Below, piece by piece: positions 27,174 to 40,274 of a stretch of 64,000 nucleotides of DNA. A model generated the notes under the pieces. That model had not been told where the DNA came from and searched no databases. It was given only the letters and a program-made list of their open reading frames with translations. The stretch comes from an uncultured Actinomycetes bacterium (GTDB lineage Bacteria > Actinomycetota > Thermoleophilia > UBA2241): the NCBI GenBank assembly GCA_963709345.1, contig CAVPVX010000006.1:32001-96000 (forward strand). The letters run 5' to 3'. Position numbers and translations under genes: made by a program. How positions within the stretch are numbered: the first letter of the stretch is position 1; the number at the start of each line of letters is the position of its first letter.

Positions 27174-28975
27174 GGCTCATCCGGGACGAGCGGCAGCACG
27201 AGGTGGCTGGGCCGCTCGGCGTCGTGGTGGACGGTCTGGTGCGCGAGGGCGATCTCCGCGTCGCGGGCCTGCGGATGACCGGTGTTCAGGTTCCTGTCCC
27301 AGCGGTCGAAGGCGCTGCTCGAGATCTCGACGCCGACACGGTGGCCGGCGGCGAACTCGTAGCCCGTCGCCGCCATGCCGACGAGCACTTCGTACACGGC
27401 GCCGGGGGCCGCAGGCTTGCCGGCGTGCTCGCCGTCGCCCTCGCGGTACCGAAGCCGGCGGATGCCCTCCTGGACCAGCTGGGCGTAGCCGTCGGGCCAG
27501 ATGTCGACGAGCGCCACCGTGAAGTCGGTGTCCGGCGCCGAGGTGGAGACGTACAGCGTCACTGCGAGTGGGCCGACGATCTCGAGCGGCTCGGCGAGAG
27601 GGGGCGTCACGTAGCCGAGCACGTCAGGCCGGGCGACGATCTGACGCCTGTCCTCGAGGTTCCCGGCGGCCGACCAGACGGGTCTGCCCACCCAGTGGTC
27701 GACGGGCCGCACAGGGTTGTAGGTGAACTCGTCCGGAGACTCGGCGCCGGGCGCGACAGGCGAGAGCCGGCCCGGAGACGCCTCACCGCCCGCGTCACCG
27801 GCGCGGAGGTAGTACTTCGTGAACCGCGTGCCGGGCAGAGGCCACGCGTCCGCCTCGCGCCAGCGGCCGGCGCCCGTGACGTAGCAGCGCACCCGCGGAG
27901 TCGTCCCAAAGCCGTCGCTCTCGTGCCGGAGCCAGTGGTCGAAGAAGGCGACGATGCGATCGTTGGTGATGCCCTGGTCCACGAGCGCGTGTCGTCCCGC
28001 CGTCCCCGTCTTCTCGGTCGTGAGCTCATGATCGTTCGGGCCGACGCAGAGCCACTGGTTCTCGCGCACCGTGTCGTACATGTTGCGGCTCTGGACACCG
28101 TTCCACGTCTCGAGGGTAGCGGTGAGGAAGCAGTCGTACCAGCCGGTCCAGTGGTAGGCTGGGATGTCGAGCTTGTCCAGGACCTCGGAGAGGTCGTACG
28201 GCGCCCAGGTCTCGTCGCGGTCGGGGTGAGCGAGCGCCTGGTCGAACAGCGCGCTCGGATAGCCGGCGTGATCCGCGTACCGGCGGAGGGGGAGCGTCCA
28301 GGGGTCGAAGCGCAGGTAGTTGATGTAGCCGCGGTGGAGCTGGTCGCAGATCCAGGTCCCCGCGGTCGCCAGCGTGAGCGCGCCGCCCTCGTAGACGAGG
28401 CGGTACAGGTCGAGGCCCATGCAGCCCGGGGCGATGCAGCGAAGGGCGGGGTGGAAGCGGCCGGCCGCCGCCCACTGCGTGAGCGCGAAGTACGACTCGC
28501 CGACCATGCCGACCTGCCCGTCGCTCCACGCCTGGGTCGCCATCCAGTCGATGGTGTCGTAGCCGTCGTCCGCCTCGTTCAGTACGGGCTGCCACTCGCC
28601 CTCGCTGGCGAACTTGCCGCGGACGTCCTGCACGACGCAGACGTAGCCCTTGCGCGCCCAGTAGCGGCCGTGCGCCGGCATGTCCGCGTAGGGCTCGTCC
28701 TTGCCGTACGGAAGGCGGATGAGGATGGCCGGGAGCGGGTCCTCGACCGCCCGGCCATCCTCGTCCGCCGGCCGGTACACGTTGGTGCTCAGGCGTATCC
28801 CGTCGCGCATCGCCACCATGAGGCCGCGAGTCTCGGCGCAGCGCGGAAGGCGGTCGGGAGTCGCCGTCGGTTGCCGGCGGCGCGGCAGGCGGAGGCGCTT
28901 GTCCACCTCGTTCAGCGCCATGATGCCGGCCCACGCGGCGCGGGCCTTGAGGTGCCGCGGCAGGATGCGCTTCAT
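27158..28975 (-). CDS. CocE/NonD family serine hydrolase
   Basis: MRDGIRLSTNVYRP, QDVRGKFASEG, GESY and DTDFTVALVD. Confidence 0.9.
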   Translation of the reverse strand: MKRILPRHLKARAAWAGIMALNEVDKRLRLPRRRQPTATPDRLPRCAETRGLMVAMRDGIRLSTNVYRPADEDGRAVEDPLPAILIRLPYGKDEPYADMPAHGRYWARKGYVCVVQDVRGKFASEGEWQPVLNEADDGYDTIDWMATQAWSDGQVGMVGESYFALTQWAAAGRFHPALRCIAPGCMGLDLYRLVYEGGALTLATAGTWICDQLHRGYINYLRFDPWTLPLRRYADHAGYPSALFDQALAHPDRDETWAPYDLSEVLDKLDIPAYHWTGWYDCFLTATLETWNGVQSRNMYDTVRENQWLCVGPNDHELTTEKTGTAGRHALVDQGITNDRIVAFFDHWLRHESDGFGTTPRVRCYVTGAGRWREADAWPLPGTRFTKYYLRAGDAGGEASPGRLSPVAPGAESPDEFTYNPVRPVDHWVGRPVWSAAGNLEDRRQIVARPDVLGYVTPPLAEPLEIVGPLAVTLYVSTSAPDTDFTVALVDIWPDGYAQLVQEGIRRLRYREGDGEHAGKPAAPGAVYEVLVGMAATGYEFAAGHRVGVEISSSAFDRWDRNLNTGHPQARDAEIALAHQTVHHDAERPSHLVLPLVPDEPQSAG

Positions 28976-29129
28976 GAAGCCCCCGGTCTCTGGACGACGG
29001 TCTCCGCCGCCAGTATCTCACCGGCGGCGACCGTCGTCGCCAAATCGGCGTCTCAGATCGACTTCTGGTGCACGCTGAAGGCGGCGGTAGCCAACCAGGT
29101 GGAGATCAGCGCTCCGTGGCGGCCGGCCC

Positions 29130-31887
<2,758 letters not shown>

Positions 31888-32044
31888 GTCAGAGGCGGGG
31901 GGAGGTCGGGCAAAGGGCAGAAGGTGGATCCCTTCACCGAATGATAGCCGGGTGGCGAACGCATGACAAACGCGGCGCGTCTCGAACGACAGGACAGAGG
32001 GAGGGCCGCGGCGCCCGCCTTCGCCGGAGGATGTGGAGGACGTC

Positions 32045-32488
32045 ATGTGGATCAAGGGATGGAAGAGGAATGCGGCAGGCGCGCTCGGCCTGGTGCTGAC
32101 TGCGCTGGGCGCGACGCTCCTCGTCGCCTGCGGCGGCGAACCGGCGTCGCCGGAAACGCCCGCCGTCGTCATCACGCCGGCCGCGCAGAGCGGGACCACC
32201 GTGGACGCCAAGGTCGGCGATACGGTGGTCGTGAAGCTCGACGCCAACGTCACGACGGGTTACGAGTGGACGCTCACCGCCGGCGACACCTTCACCATCG
32301 CGAGCAGCGAGTACGTGCCACACCCGAATCCGTCTGGTCTCGCGGGGTCTGGCGGCACGCAGGTCGTGACGCTCAAGGTGACGGCGGCGGGATCATCCGA
32401 ACTCACGGGCGTCTACGCTCGCGGCTGGGAGACGCCGTCCCCGGGTTCGGAGCCGGACTTCTCGATGACGCTGACCAGTACCGAGTAG
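32045..32488 (+). CDS. Lipoprotein with chagasin (I42 cysteine protease inhibitor) domain
   Basis: Lipobox LVA-C; NVTTGYEW, GSGG and YARGWE. Confidence 0.8.
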   Translation: MWIKGWKRNAAGALGLVLTALGATLLVACGGEPASPETPAVVITPAAQSGTTVDAKVGDTVVVKLDANVTTGYEWTLTAGDTFTIASSEYVPHPNPSGLAGSGGTQVVTLKVTAAGSSELTGVYARGWETPSPGSEPDFSMTLTSTE

Positions 32489-32571
32489 CGCGGGCGGCGC
32501 ATCGCGCTTGTCAGCCGGCCGGCCGGGCGCGTAGCCTTCTCAGCGCACGTTGTCTTCTTCGTGAGGTGACC

Positions 32572-33075
32572 ATGGACGACCCGGTGCTCAGCCGGCGCAG
32601 CATCCGCAGATACACGGACGAGCCGGTGACCGACGAAGAAGTGGAGCGCTTGCTGCGCGCTGCCTCCGCTGCGCCGTCGGCCGGCAATCAGCAGCCTTGG
32701 CGCTTCGTGGTGCTGAGCGAGCGCCGGACTTTGGAAGCGATCACCGGCGTGCACCCCTACGCGAAGATGCTGCCCTGCGCGCCGGTGGCCGTGCTCGTCT
32801 GCGGCGAGCCCGGGGCCGGCAGGTGGCCGCAGTACTGGGACCAGGACTGCGCCGCCGCGACGCAGAACCTGCTGATCGAGGCCGAGCTGCTCGGCCTCGG
32901 GTCCGTGTGGCTCGGCGTACACCCGCTTGAGGAGCGCGTCGAGGGCATCAGGGCTCTGCTCGGGATCCCCGACACCGTTGTGCCCTTCGCCCTCGTGCCG
33001 GTCGGCCGGCCGGCCGAGCGCAAGTCTCCCGCCGACCGCTTCGACGCGTCGCGCGTGCACCATGAACGCTGGTAG
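32572..33075 (+). CDS. Nitroreductase family protein
   Basis: RRSIRRY, APSAGNQQPW and GLGSVWLG. Confidence 0.92.
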   Translation: MDDPVLSRRSIRRYTDEPVTDEEVERLLRAASAAPSAGNQQPWRFVVLSERRTLEAITGVHPYAKMLPCAPVAVLVCGEPGAGRWPQYWDQDCAAATQNLLIEAELLGLGSVWLGVHPLEERVEGIRALLGIPDTVVPFALVPVGRPAERKSPADRFDASRVHHERW

Positions 33076-33292
33076 GGGCGGGCCGCGGGCGGGGCGCCCG
33101 GGCAAGCCGCGACGGACTCGCCGGCCCTGCCCGTCGCCGGCCCATCCGACAGTTTGCCGCGCTCGCAGCGCGGGTATCTCCGCAACCGACCCGTGACGCG
33201 GCGGGCGCCGCCCTCCGGTCTGGCGCCGGCGAGACAGGCCCCGCCCCACGGGTCGCCAGTTCGAGCAGCAATCCACAAGGGAGGGGTGAGCA

Positions 33293-33613
33293 GTGAGCGG
33301 ACCTTCCTGGGTCCCCACCATCGCCGACGGCAAGGTCCGCGACGGGTCGTACGTGGCCGTCTACCCGAAGGGTCTCAGCATCCTTCTGGTGCGCGTCGAG
33401 GGCGAGCTCTTCGCCATCGCCAACAAGTGCGCCCACATGGCGTGCCCCCTGGAGGGGGGCAAGCTGGATGGCGCCGTGATCACGTGCCCGTGCCACGACT
33501 GGCGCTTCGACGTGCGCACCGGAGCCTTTCTCGACGCGTCCGAGCTCGCGCTGACGACCTATCCGGTCAAGGTCGAGGACGGCAAGATCCTCGTCGACGT
33601 GGCGGAGGTGTGA
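33293..33613 (+). CDS. Rieske [2Fe-2S] ferredoxin
   Basis: CAH...CPCHDWRFD. Confidence 0.9.
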   Translation: MSGPSWVPTIADGKVRDGSYVAVYPKGLSILLVRVEGELFAIANKCAHMACPLEGGKLDGAVITCPCHDWRFDVRTGAFLDASELALTTYPVKVEDGKILVDVAEV

Positions 33614-33615
33614 GC

Positions 33616-33876
33616 ATGGCCGACGAAGTGATCGTCTACGCCCTCAGCACCTGCCCGTGGTGCCGCAAGACCAAGCAGTGGTTCACCGACAGCCGGATCG
33701 CCTTCGACTCTGTCGACGTCGACGCGCTTCCCGACGCCGAGCAGGACGGCGTGGCGGACAAGGTGTTCGAGCTCAGCGGCGGCCGCCGTTTCCCGGTCAC
33801 CGTCATCAACGGTGAGGTCATCGTGGGGTACAGCCCCGACAAGTTCCTCGAGCACCTCAAGGGCTGGGGAGGGTGA
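33616..33876 (+). CDS. Glutaredoxin/NrdH-like redoxin
   Basis: YALSTCPWC and FPVTVING. Confidence 0.9.
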   Translation: MADEVIVYALSTCPWCRKTKQWFTDSRIAFDSVDVDALPDAEQDGVADKVFELSGGRRFPVTVINGEVIVGYSPDKFLEHLKGWGG

Positions 33877-33879
33877 GCC

Positions 33880-34206
33880 ATGGCGAATGAAGCTCGCAAA
33901 GAATCGCTCAGGTACCTCTTCGAGCGCGTCGTCGGTCCTTTGGGCTACAAGTTCACCCCCGACGAAGAGCTCGCCGACTTTCTGCTCGAGCAGGAGGTCA
34001 AGCTCGAGCAGGACCACGGCGCGCCGTTCTGCCCCTGCCAGGGGCGCACCGGCGTGCGCGCCGAGGACCTGCAGATCTGCTGTCCGTGCATCCCCTTCCA
34101 CAGGGAGCACTTCAACAAGATGAAGCGCTGCTGGTGCGGGCTGTTCGTCCACCAGGACGTCGACGACCCGGACAGCCTGCCGCAAACCCCGCCGGACGAA
34201 GTCTGA
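33880..34206 (+). CDS. Ferredoxin:thioredoxin reductase catalytic (beta) subunit-like protein
   Basis: FCPC, ICCPC and CWCGLF motifs. Confidence 0.88.
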   Translation: MANEARKESLRYLFERVVGPLGYKFTPDEELADFLLEQEVKLEQDHGAPFCPCQGRTGVRAEDLQICCPCIPFHREHFNKMKRCWCGLFVHQDVDDPDSLPQTPPDEV

Positions 34207-34216
34207 GGAGTCGACC

Positions 34217-34606
34217 ATGTGGCATGAAGTAGCGAAGCTCGACGACGTCGCCCGTGGCGGAATGAAGTACGTGCGCGCGGAGGACCGCGAGATCTGCCTG
34301 TGCGAGTACGACGGCGGCATCTACGCGGTCAGTCGCCGCTGCGGCCACCAGAACGCGCCGCTCGACCAGGGGGCACTCGAAGGCTGGATCCTGACCTGCC
34401 CCCTGCACGACGCGCAGTTCGACATCCGCAGCGGCACGAACCTCAGCTGGCCGCTCGACCACGACATGGGCGACGAGGCCGCCGTTCCCGAGCCGGTGCA
34501 GCGCTTCTTCAAGCTCGAGAAGCGCCTGCAGTGGAAGACCCGCGTCCACGATCTGCACACGTACCCGGTGCGCATCACGGGCGACGCGGTGGAAGTCGAC
34601 ATCTGA
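34217..34606 (+). CDS. Second Rieske [2Fe-2S] protein with internal insertion
   Basis: CGH...CPLHDAQFD. Confidence 0.88.
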   Translation: MWHEVAKLDDVARGGMKYVRAEDREICLCEYDGGIYAVSRRCGHQNAPLDQGALEGWILTCPLHDAQFDIRSGTNLSWPLDHDMGDEAAVPEPVQRFFKLEKRLQWKTRVHDLHTYPVRITGDAVEVDI

Positions 34607-34649
34607 GCGGCGGACCCCGCCCGCCCACCCAACGTCACAAGGAGGACCT

Positions 34650-35252
34650 ATGGCCTTTGAACTGCCGCCGCTTCCGTATGCGGAAGATGCGCTCGAGCCC
34701 GACTACTCGGCCCGCACCGTCAGCTTCCACTACGGCAAGCACCACAAGACCTACGTCGACACGCTCAACAAGCTCACCGCAGGCACGGACCTCGAGAGCA
34801 AGAGCCTCGAGGACGTGATCATGGCCGTTGCCGGCAAGCCCGACAAGCAGCCGGTCTTCAACAACGCGGCCCAGGTGTGGAACCACACCTTCTTCTGGAA
34901 GGGCATGAAGCCGGGAGGCGGCGGCGCGCCGTCGGGCGAGCTCGGCGACAGGATCGCCGCCGCGTTCGGTGGGTACGAGAAGTTCGTCGAGGACTTCAAG
35001 GCCGCGGCTGCCGGCCGTTTCGGCAGCGGCTGGGTGTGGCTCATCTCCGACGGCGGCGAGCTCAAGATCGTGAGCACGCCGAACGCCGAGATGCCGGCGG
35101 CCCAGGGCGTCACGCCCCTGCTCGTCGTGGACGTCTGGGAGCACGCCTACTATCTTGACTACCAGAACCTGCGTCCCGCGTACGTACAGGTGTTCTTCGA
35201 CAAGCTCGTGGACTGGGAGTTCGCCGCCGCCAACCTGGCGAACGCGAAGTAG
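34650..35252 (+). CDS. sodB: Fe/Mn superoxide dismutase (Fe-type signature)
   Basis: HYGKHH, FNNAAQVWNHTFFW and DVWEHAYY. Confidence 0.93.
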   Translation: MAFELPPLPYAEDALEPDYSARTVSFHYGKHHKTYVDTLNKLTAGTDLESKSLEDVIMAVAGKPDKQPVFNNAAQVWNHTFFWKGMKPGGGGAPSGELGDRIAAAFGGYEKFVEDFKAAAAGRFGSGWVWLISDGGELKIVSTPNAEMPAAQGVTPLLVVDVWEHAYYLDYQNLRPAYVQVFFDKLVDWEFAAANLANAK

Positions 35253-35474
35253 AGCCGGAGGCGGGGCGCCGCGTCGGGCTTGATGGCGGCGGGCCGACGT
35301 TGGGGGCCGGCGGGCACGGGAGTGCTCGCCGGCCCCAGTTGCGCACGGGCTGGGCCGGCTGTCCGCGCGTGCGGGCCGGGGAGGCTGCGCCGCCGGCCGA
35401 AGACGATGCCTCCGCCTCCGCTGCCGCTCTCTTCAGCCGGCCGACGACCGCCGCTCGCCGGAGTCCGCCTGCGG

Positions 35475-36620
35475 TCAGCCGCCGTCCGCTTGCGGGTCGG
35501 CCCACCGCGGGTCGTCGCCGTCGCCGCCGAGCAGCTTGCGATAGCTCGCGTAGCGGTCGCGTGAGATCGCGCCGCCGGCGACGGCGCGCAGCACCGCGCA
35601 GCCGGGCTCGTGCGTGTGTGTGCAGTCGCGGTAGCGACAGTCGTCGACGAACGGGGCGAACTCGGTGAAACCGGCGGCGAGCGCCGACGGCTCGGCGTCG
35701 TTCACGCTGAAGCGGCGGATGCCCGGCGTGTCGATCACGCGGATGCCGCCGGGCAGCTCGTACAGCGCCGACGAGGTCGTCGTGTGGCGGCCGCGGCCGT
35801 CGCCGGCGCGGACTTCGCCGGTCCGGGCCGCGGCTTCCGCGGACAGCGCGTTGAGCAGCGACGACTTGCCGACGCCGCTCTGGCCGACGAACACGCAGGT
35901 CTGCCCGGCCAGCACGGCACGGATCGCCTCCACACCTTCGCCGGCGGAGGCGCTGCAGGGCAGCACCGGCAGGCCCAGCGAGCGGTACGGCTGCAGGCCG
36001 GCCAGCATCTCGGTGCGCCGTTCCTCGCCGAGAAGATCGATCTTGTTCACGACCAGCACGGGCGCCGCGCCCGAATGCTCGACCGCCACCAGGTAGCGGT
36101 CGATCAGGCGGTGGTGCAGCGGCGGAGCCTCCGCGGCGACCATCACGACGACGAGGTCGACGTTGGCGGCGATCGCGCGGCGCTTCTGCGGCTGGTGCGG
36201 GTCGGCGCGCGAGAGCAGGCTGCGGCGAGGCAGCACCGCGCTCACGCGTTGGCCGTCGCCGAACCGCTCCACAAGCACATCGTCTCCTACCGCAAGGTCG
36301 CTCTGCTGGCGGCGGGCGAGATCGTCCGGCAGGTCGGCCTCGAAGGTCTCGCCGGCGATCTGCACGCTGCAGAAGCCGGCGCCCACGTTGACGACCATCC
36401 CGCGTCGGCCGGGAGCGGACGCGTGGGCACGCCCCTCCTCGTCGCCGGCGTCGAGGAGCTCGACCAGGAATTCGTCGATCTCGGGCCGCGCCGCACCCTG
36501 CTCTCGGGTGCGCATCGCGGCCTTCTGCATCCGGGTCGCGCGTTTGACCAGCCGGGCGCGCTCGCCGGCGTCGAGCTCGCCGAGCATCGTCTTGAGCTCT
36601 CTCCGTTGCTTCTTGTTCAT
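35475..36620 (-). CDS. rsgA: Ribosome small subunit-dependent GTPase A with N-terminal extension
   Basis: NKID, GQSGVGKSS, GRHTT, DTPG and CRYRDCTHTHEPGC. Confidence 0.9.
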   Translation of the reverse strand: MNKKQRRELKTMLGELDAGERARLVKRATRMQKAAMRTREQGAARPEIDEFLVELLDAGDEEGRAHASAPGRRGMVVNVGAGFCSVQIAGETFEADLPDDLARRQQSDLAVGDDVLVERFGDGQRVSAVLPRRSLLSRADPHQPQKRRAIAANVDLVVVMVAAEAPPLHHRLIDRYLVAVEHSGAAPVLVVNKIDLLGEERRTEMLAGLQPYRSLGLPVLPCSASAGEGVEAIRAVLAGQTCVFVGQSGVGKSSLLNALSAEAAARTGEVRAGDGRGRHTTTSSALYELPGGIRVIDTPGIRRFSVNDAEPSALAAGFTEFAPFVDDCRYRDCTHTHEPGCAVLRAVAGGAISRDRYASYRKLLGGDGDDPRWADPQADGG

Positions 36621-36760
36621 CTCTGGGGTGTGCCCTTGGTCGCGGATTCCGTCACGGCCGGCCGGTCGGCGCCCGGGCGTCACCCGCAGGGAAGGAGAAC
36701 GAATACGGTCGCCTCGCGGGCGGCCGAAAAAGCGTCGCTCGGCTCAGCTGGAGCGGGTGC

Positions 36761-36820
36761 TTACGCGAGGGCCCTCATGAGGGGTGACGCGGAGATGCCG
36801 TTGACGGACCTGGCAGTCAT
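36761..36820 (-). promoter_or_regulatory. Putative leader peptide (uORF) MTARSVNGISASPLMRALA upstream of rsgA
   Basis: GAGGAGG RBS and ATG...TAA, about 140 nt before rsgA, which itself lacks an obvious RBS. Confidence 0.45.
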
Positions 36821-37082
36821 CGCTGGGCCTCCTCATGATCCGTGGGTAGACTGGGCCGCGAAAGTCTAGCGGCCGCGAGTCTCGCGCACAAGGGGACGCG
36901 GGTCTCGCCGGAGGCGCGGGTCGCGCGCGGCGCGTCGCCGACCTGCGCTGCTCGAGGGCTCGGGCGCAACGCCGGCTCCCTTGGCCAGCGGACTGCTCGG
37001 GGGTACTATCGCGTACACACCATAGGGCCACGGTCCGGCCCGACTCGGTCTGACCCGTGGACGCTCAGCGAAAGGCAATCAC

Positions 37083-37493
37083 ATGATCAAGGGCTTCAAG
37101 GAATTCCTCATGCGCGGCAACATCCTCGACCTGGCGGTGGCGTTCATCATGGGCGTCGCCTTCACCGCGGTGATCACCTCACTGGTGAACCACATCATCA
37201 TGCCGATCGTCGCGGCCATCGTCGGCAAGCCCGACTTCTCGGGCCTCACCTTCACGATCAACAACAGCCAGTTCTTCTACGGTCTCTTCCTCAACGCCGT
37301 CGTCTCGTTCGTGCTGGTCGCGGCGGCCGTCTACTTCATCATCGTCATGCCCATGAACAAGCTCGCGGAGCGTCGCGCGAGGGGCGCCGACCCGACCACC
37401 AAGGAGTGCCCCGAGTGCCTGAGTGAGATCCCGCACGCGGCGCGCAGGTGCGCCTTCTGCACCTCGGATCAGCACGATTCGGCGGTGGCCTGA
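37083..37493 (+). CDS. mscL: Large-conductance mechanosensitive channel with C-terminal zinc ribbon
   Basis: FKEFLMRGNILDLAVA; tail CPEC...CAFC. Confidence 0.93.
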   Translation: MIKGFKEFLMRGNILDLAVAFIMGVAFTAVITSLVNHIIMPIVAAIVGKPDFSGLTFTINNSQFFYGLFLNAVVSFVLVAAAVYFIIVMPMNKLAERRARGADPTTKECPECLSEIPHAARRCAFCTSDQHDSAVA

Positions 37494-37533
37494 GGCGGCG
37501 CCGGGCGAGCCCTTGACCCCTTCGGGAGGCCAG

Positions 37534-39405
37534 ATGTCATTGCTGCGACTCGACGTCGACGACCGCCAGGCGATCATGACCACTGAAGGCGCCGTGTGCG
37601 CCGGCACACAGGAGCTCGTCGAGAGCGCCACCTTCGCGCGCGTCCTCGACCTGTACGTCAACCACATCGAAGCCCACAACCCTACGGCGCTGGACGAGCT
37701 GGGTCTCTCCGTCGAGGAGTCCCCCTCCGCCGCGCTGGGAGTTGCCGGCGGGCCGGCCGGAGGTGCCGGGTCGCGCGCCGACCCGCGGCGCCGGCGCCTG
37801 CTCGACCTTCTGCGCATGCTGGCGAACAACCCGCTCGAGCGGGTCTCGACGACCACTCTCGCTCCGGATGACGTCGTCTCCCGGCGCGAGCAACTCCACG
37901 AGTTCGTCGAGGGGTTGTACGACTTCTGGCGCCGGTGGGACCGCTTTCTCGTGGTGCGCGCCGACGCGCCGGCCGCCCCGGGGGACAAGCGCCCGCTGCG
38001 AGGGTTCACGGATACTGTCGAGACACTGGCTCGCCTGGTGCGCTCGCTGTACCGGGACGTCGCCGAGAACATCACCGGCGGCCGGCCGCGCGTGCTGCGC
38101 CAGGTCGCGGCCGGTGCCGAGGTCGGCGTCTACGCCGCGCAGCAGAAGTGGCCGGCCCCGGCTCGTTACCGCGAGCTGTTGGCCGGCATCCCCTTCGTGC
38201 GGAATCTCCTCATGTACCCCCCGCTGCTGCTGGACCCGCCCATGAACACCCGCACCGGCCAGTTCACCGAGACCGCCGCCAATCCCCTCGACGGCCTGAC
38301 GCTCGAGCGTGAGCAATGGCTCTGCTATCCGGCGCTCGTCGGCCGGCTGGTCGTCTTCGTCTACTTCCACCGGCGTTTCATGGGCCTGGGCCTGAGTCTC
38401 GCCAACCTGTTCGAGCTCGCCTCGGACGAGGAGATCGCCGCCGGCCCCGACGCCGTGTACCTCTACGGCGTCCCGCCGGCGGCTCTCGCCCGGTTCGGCG
38501 ACCTGCCGACCGTGTTCCACGCCGACGAGGCGAGCCGGCTGCTCGTCGCCGCGGTGCCTCTCGAGGACCGCTTCGGGTATTTCGGGTATCTGAAGAAGAT
38601 GGTCCTCACCTTGCACAACGTGGCCGTCATGGATCGCGGCGTCATGCCGTTCCATGGCGCCTACACGCGCCTCACGCTCGCCGGCGGCGGAACAGCGAGC
38701 GTTCTGCTGATCGGGGACACCGCGACCGGCAAGTCGGAGACGCTGGAGGCGCTGCGCGTGACCGGCGAGGAGCGCATTCGCGAGGTGCGCATCATAGCCG
38801 ACGACATGGGATCGCTCGAGGTCGGGTCGGGCGGCGACCTGCTCGGGTACGGCACCGAGATCGGCGCCTTCGTGCGTCTCGACGACCTGCAACAGGGGTA
38901 CGCCTTCGGCCAGTTGGACCGCTCGATCATTATGAGCCCGAACCGGGTCAACGCCCGGGTGGTCCTGCCGGTGACCTCGCTTGACGACGTGCTCCGCGGC
39001 TACCCCGTGGACTACCTGTTGTACGCCAACAACTACGAGGCCGTCGACGACGCGCACCCCGTCCTCGAGCGTCTCGCGGACCGGGAGACGGCGTTGACCG
39101 TGTTTCGGGAGGGCGCCGCGATGAGCAAGGGCACGACCACGTCGACGGGGCTCACGAACAGCTACTTCGCCAACCCCTTCGGCCCGGCGCAGCGCCGGGA
39201 GCAGCACGAGACGCTGGCGGAAGGGACGTTCGCGGCGGCATACGCGGCCGGCGTCTACGTGGGGCAGCTCCGCACGCAGCTCGGGTTGCCCGGCTACGAG
39301 AGCGACGGCCCCCGCATCGCTGCGGGGGCTCTGCTGGACCTGATCGCCGGCGGCGCTTCGCCGGCCGGCCCCGCCCGACCCGAAGAAGGGAGCGACCGCC
39401 CATGA
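37534..39405 (+). CDS. PEP carboxykinase/HPr-kinase superfamily P-loop protein
   Basis: [30 protein letters not shown] and IIADDMG. Confidence 0.7.
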   Translation: MSLLRLDVDDRQAIMTTEGAVCAGTQELVESATFARVLDLYVNHIEAHNPTALDELGLSVEESPSAALGVAGGPAGGAGSRADPRRRRLLDLLRMLANNPLERVSTTTLAPDDVVSRREQLHEFVEGLYDFWRRWDRFLVVRADAPAAPGDKRPLRGFTDTVETLARLVRSLYRDVAENITGGRPRVLRQVAAGAEVGVYAAQQKWPAPARYRELLAGIPFVRNLLMYPPLLLDPPMNTRTGQFTETAANPLDGLTLEREQWLCYPALVGRLVVFVYFHRRFMGLGLSLANLFELASDEEIAAGPDAVYLYGVPPAALARFGDLPTVFHADEASRLLVAAVPLEDRFGYFGYLKKMVLTLHNVAVMDRGVMPFHGAYTRLTLAGGGTASVLLIGDTATGKSETLEALRVTGEERIREVRIIADDMGSLEVGSGGDLLGYGTEIGAFVRLDDLQQGYAFGQLDRSIIMSPNRVNARVVLPVTSLDDVLRGYPVDYLLYANNYEAVDDAHPVLERLADRETALTVFREGAAMSKGTTTSTGLTNSYFANPFGPAQRREQHETLAEGTFAAAYAAGVYVGQLRTQLGLPGYESDGPRIAAGALLDLIAGGASPAGPARPEEGSDRP

Positions 39406-40274
39406 CGACGTTGTACGAGTCCAACGAGACCGCTTGGAACCTCATCAGCCGCGGCAAGGTGCGCGACGTGTACGAATACGCACCGAATCAGATGCTCATC
39501 GTGACCAGCGACCGCCTTTCGGCCTTCGACGTGATTCTGCCGACGCCGATCCCGGACAAGGGCATTGTGCTCACCCAGATCGCCAACTTCTGGTTCGAGA
39601 AGACCGACGCGATCATCCTCAACCACCTCGTCGATCCCGACCCGTTCAGCACCGATGCGGGGCGCAAGCACCTCGCGGGGCGTTCGATCGTGGTGCACAG
39701 GGCGGAGGCTCTGCCGGTGGAGGCGATCGTGCGCGGGTACCTCACCGGCTCCGGGCGCAAGGAGTACGAGAAGACCGGCGCCGTCTGCGGGATCGATCTG
39801 CCGGCAGGCCTCGTCGAGGCGAGCCGGCTGCCCGAGCCCATCTACACGCCATCGACCAAGGCGGCGATCGGCGACCACGACGAGAACATCTCGTTCGAGA
39901 AGACCGTCGACCTCGTCGGCAAGGAGCTGGCCGAGAAGGTCCGCGACGTCGCGCTCGAGCTCTACCGCTTCGGGGCGGAGTACGCGCTCGCGCGCGGCAT
40001 CATCATCGCGGACACCAAGTTCGAGTTCGGCCTGCTCGACGGTGAGCTCATCCTCATCGACGAGATCATGACGCCGGACTCGTCGCGATTCTGGCCGGCG
40101 GACGGGTACGCGCCCGGTGCGGGCCAGCCGAGCTACGACAAGCAGTACGTGCGTGACTACCTCGAGACGCTCGACTGGGACAAGACGGCTCCAGGGCCGG
40201 AGCTGCCTCCCGAGGTCGCACGGAAGACGGCGGAGAAGTACACGGAGGCATGGCGCCGCCTGACGACGACTTGA
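39402..40274 (+). CDS. purC: SAICAR synthetase
   Basis: [23 protein letters not shown] and TPDSSRFW. Confidence 0.97.
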   Translation: MTTLYESNETAWNLISRGKVRDVYEYAPNQMLIVTSDRLSAFDVILPTPIPDKGIVLTQIANFWFEKTDAIILNHLVDPDPFSTDAGRKHLAGRSIVVHRAEALPVEAIVRGYLTGSGRKEYEKTGAVCGIDLPAGLVEASRLPEPIYTPSTKAAIGDHDENISFEKTVDLVGKELAEKVRDVALELYRFGAEYALARGIIIADTKFEFGLLDGELILIDEIMTPDSSRFWPADGYAPGAGQPSYDKQYVRDYLETLDWDKTAPGPELPPEVARKTAEKYTEAWRRLTTT

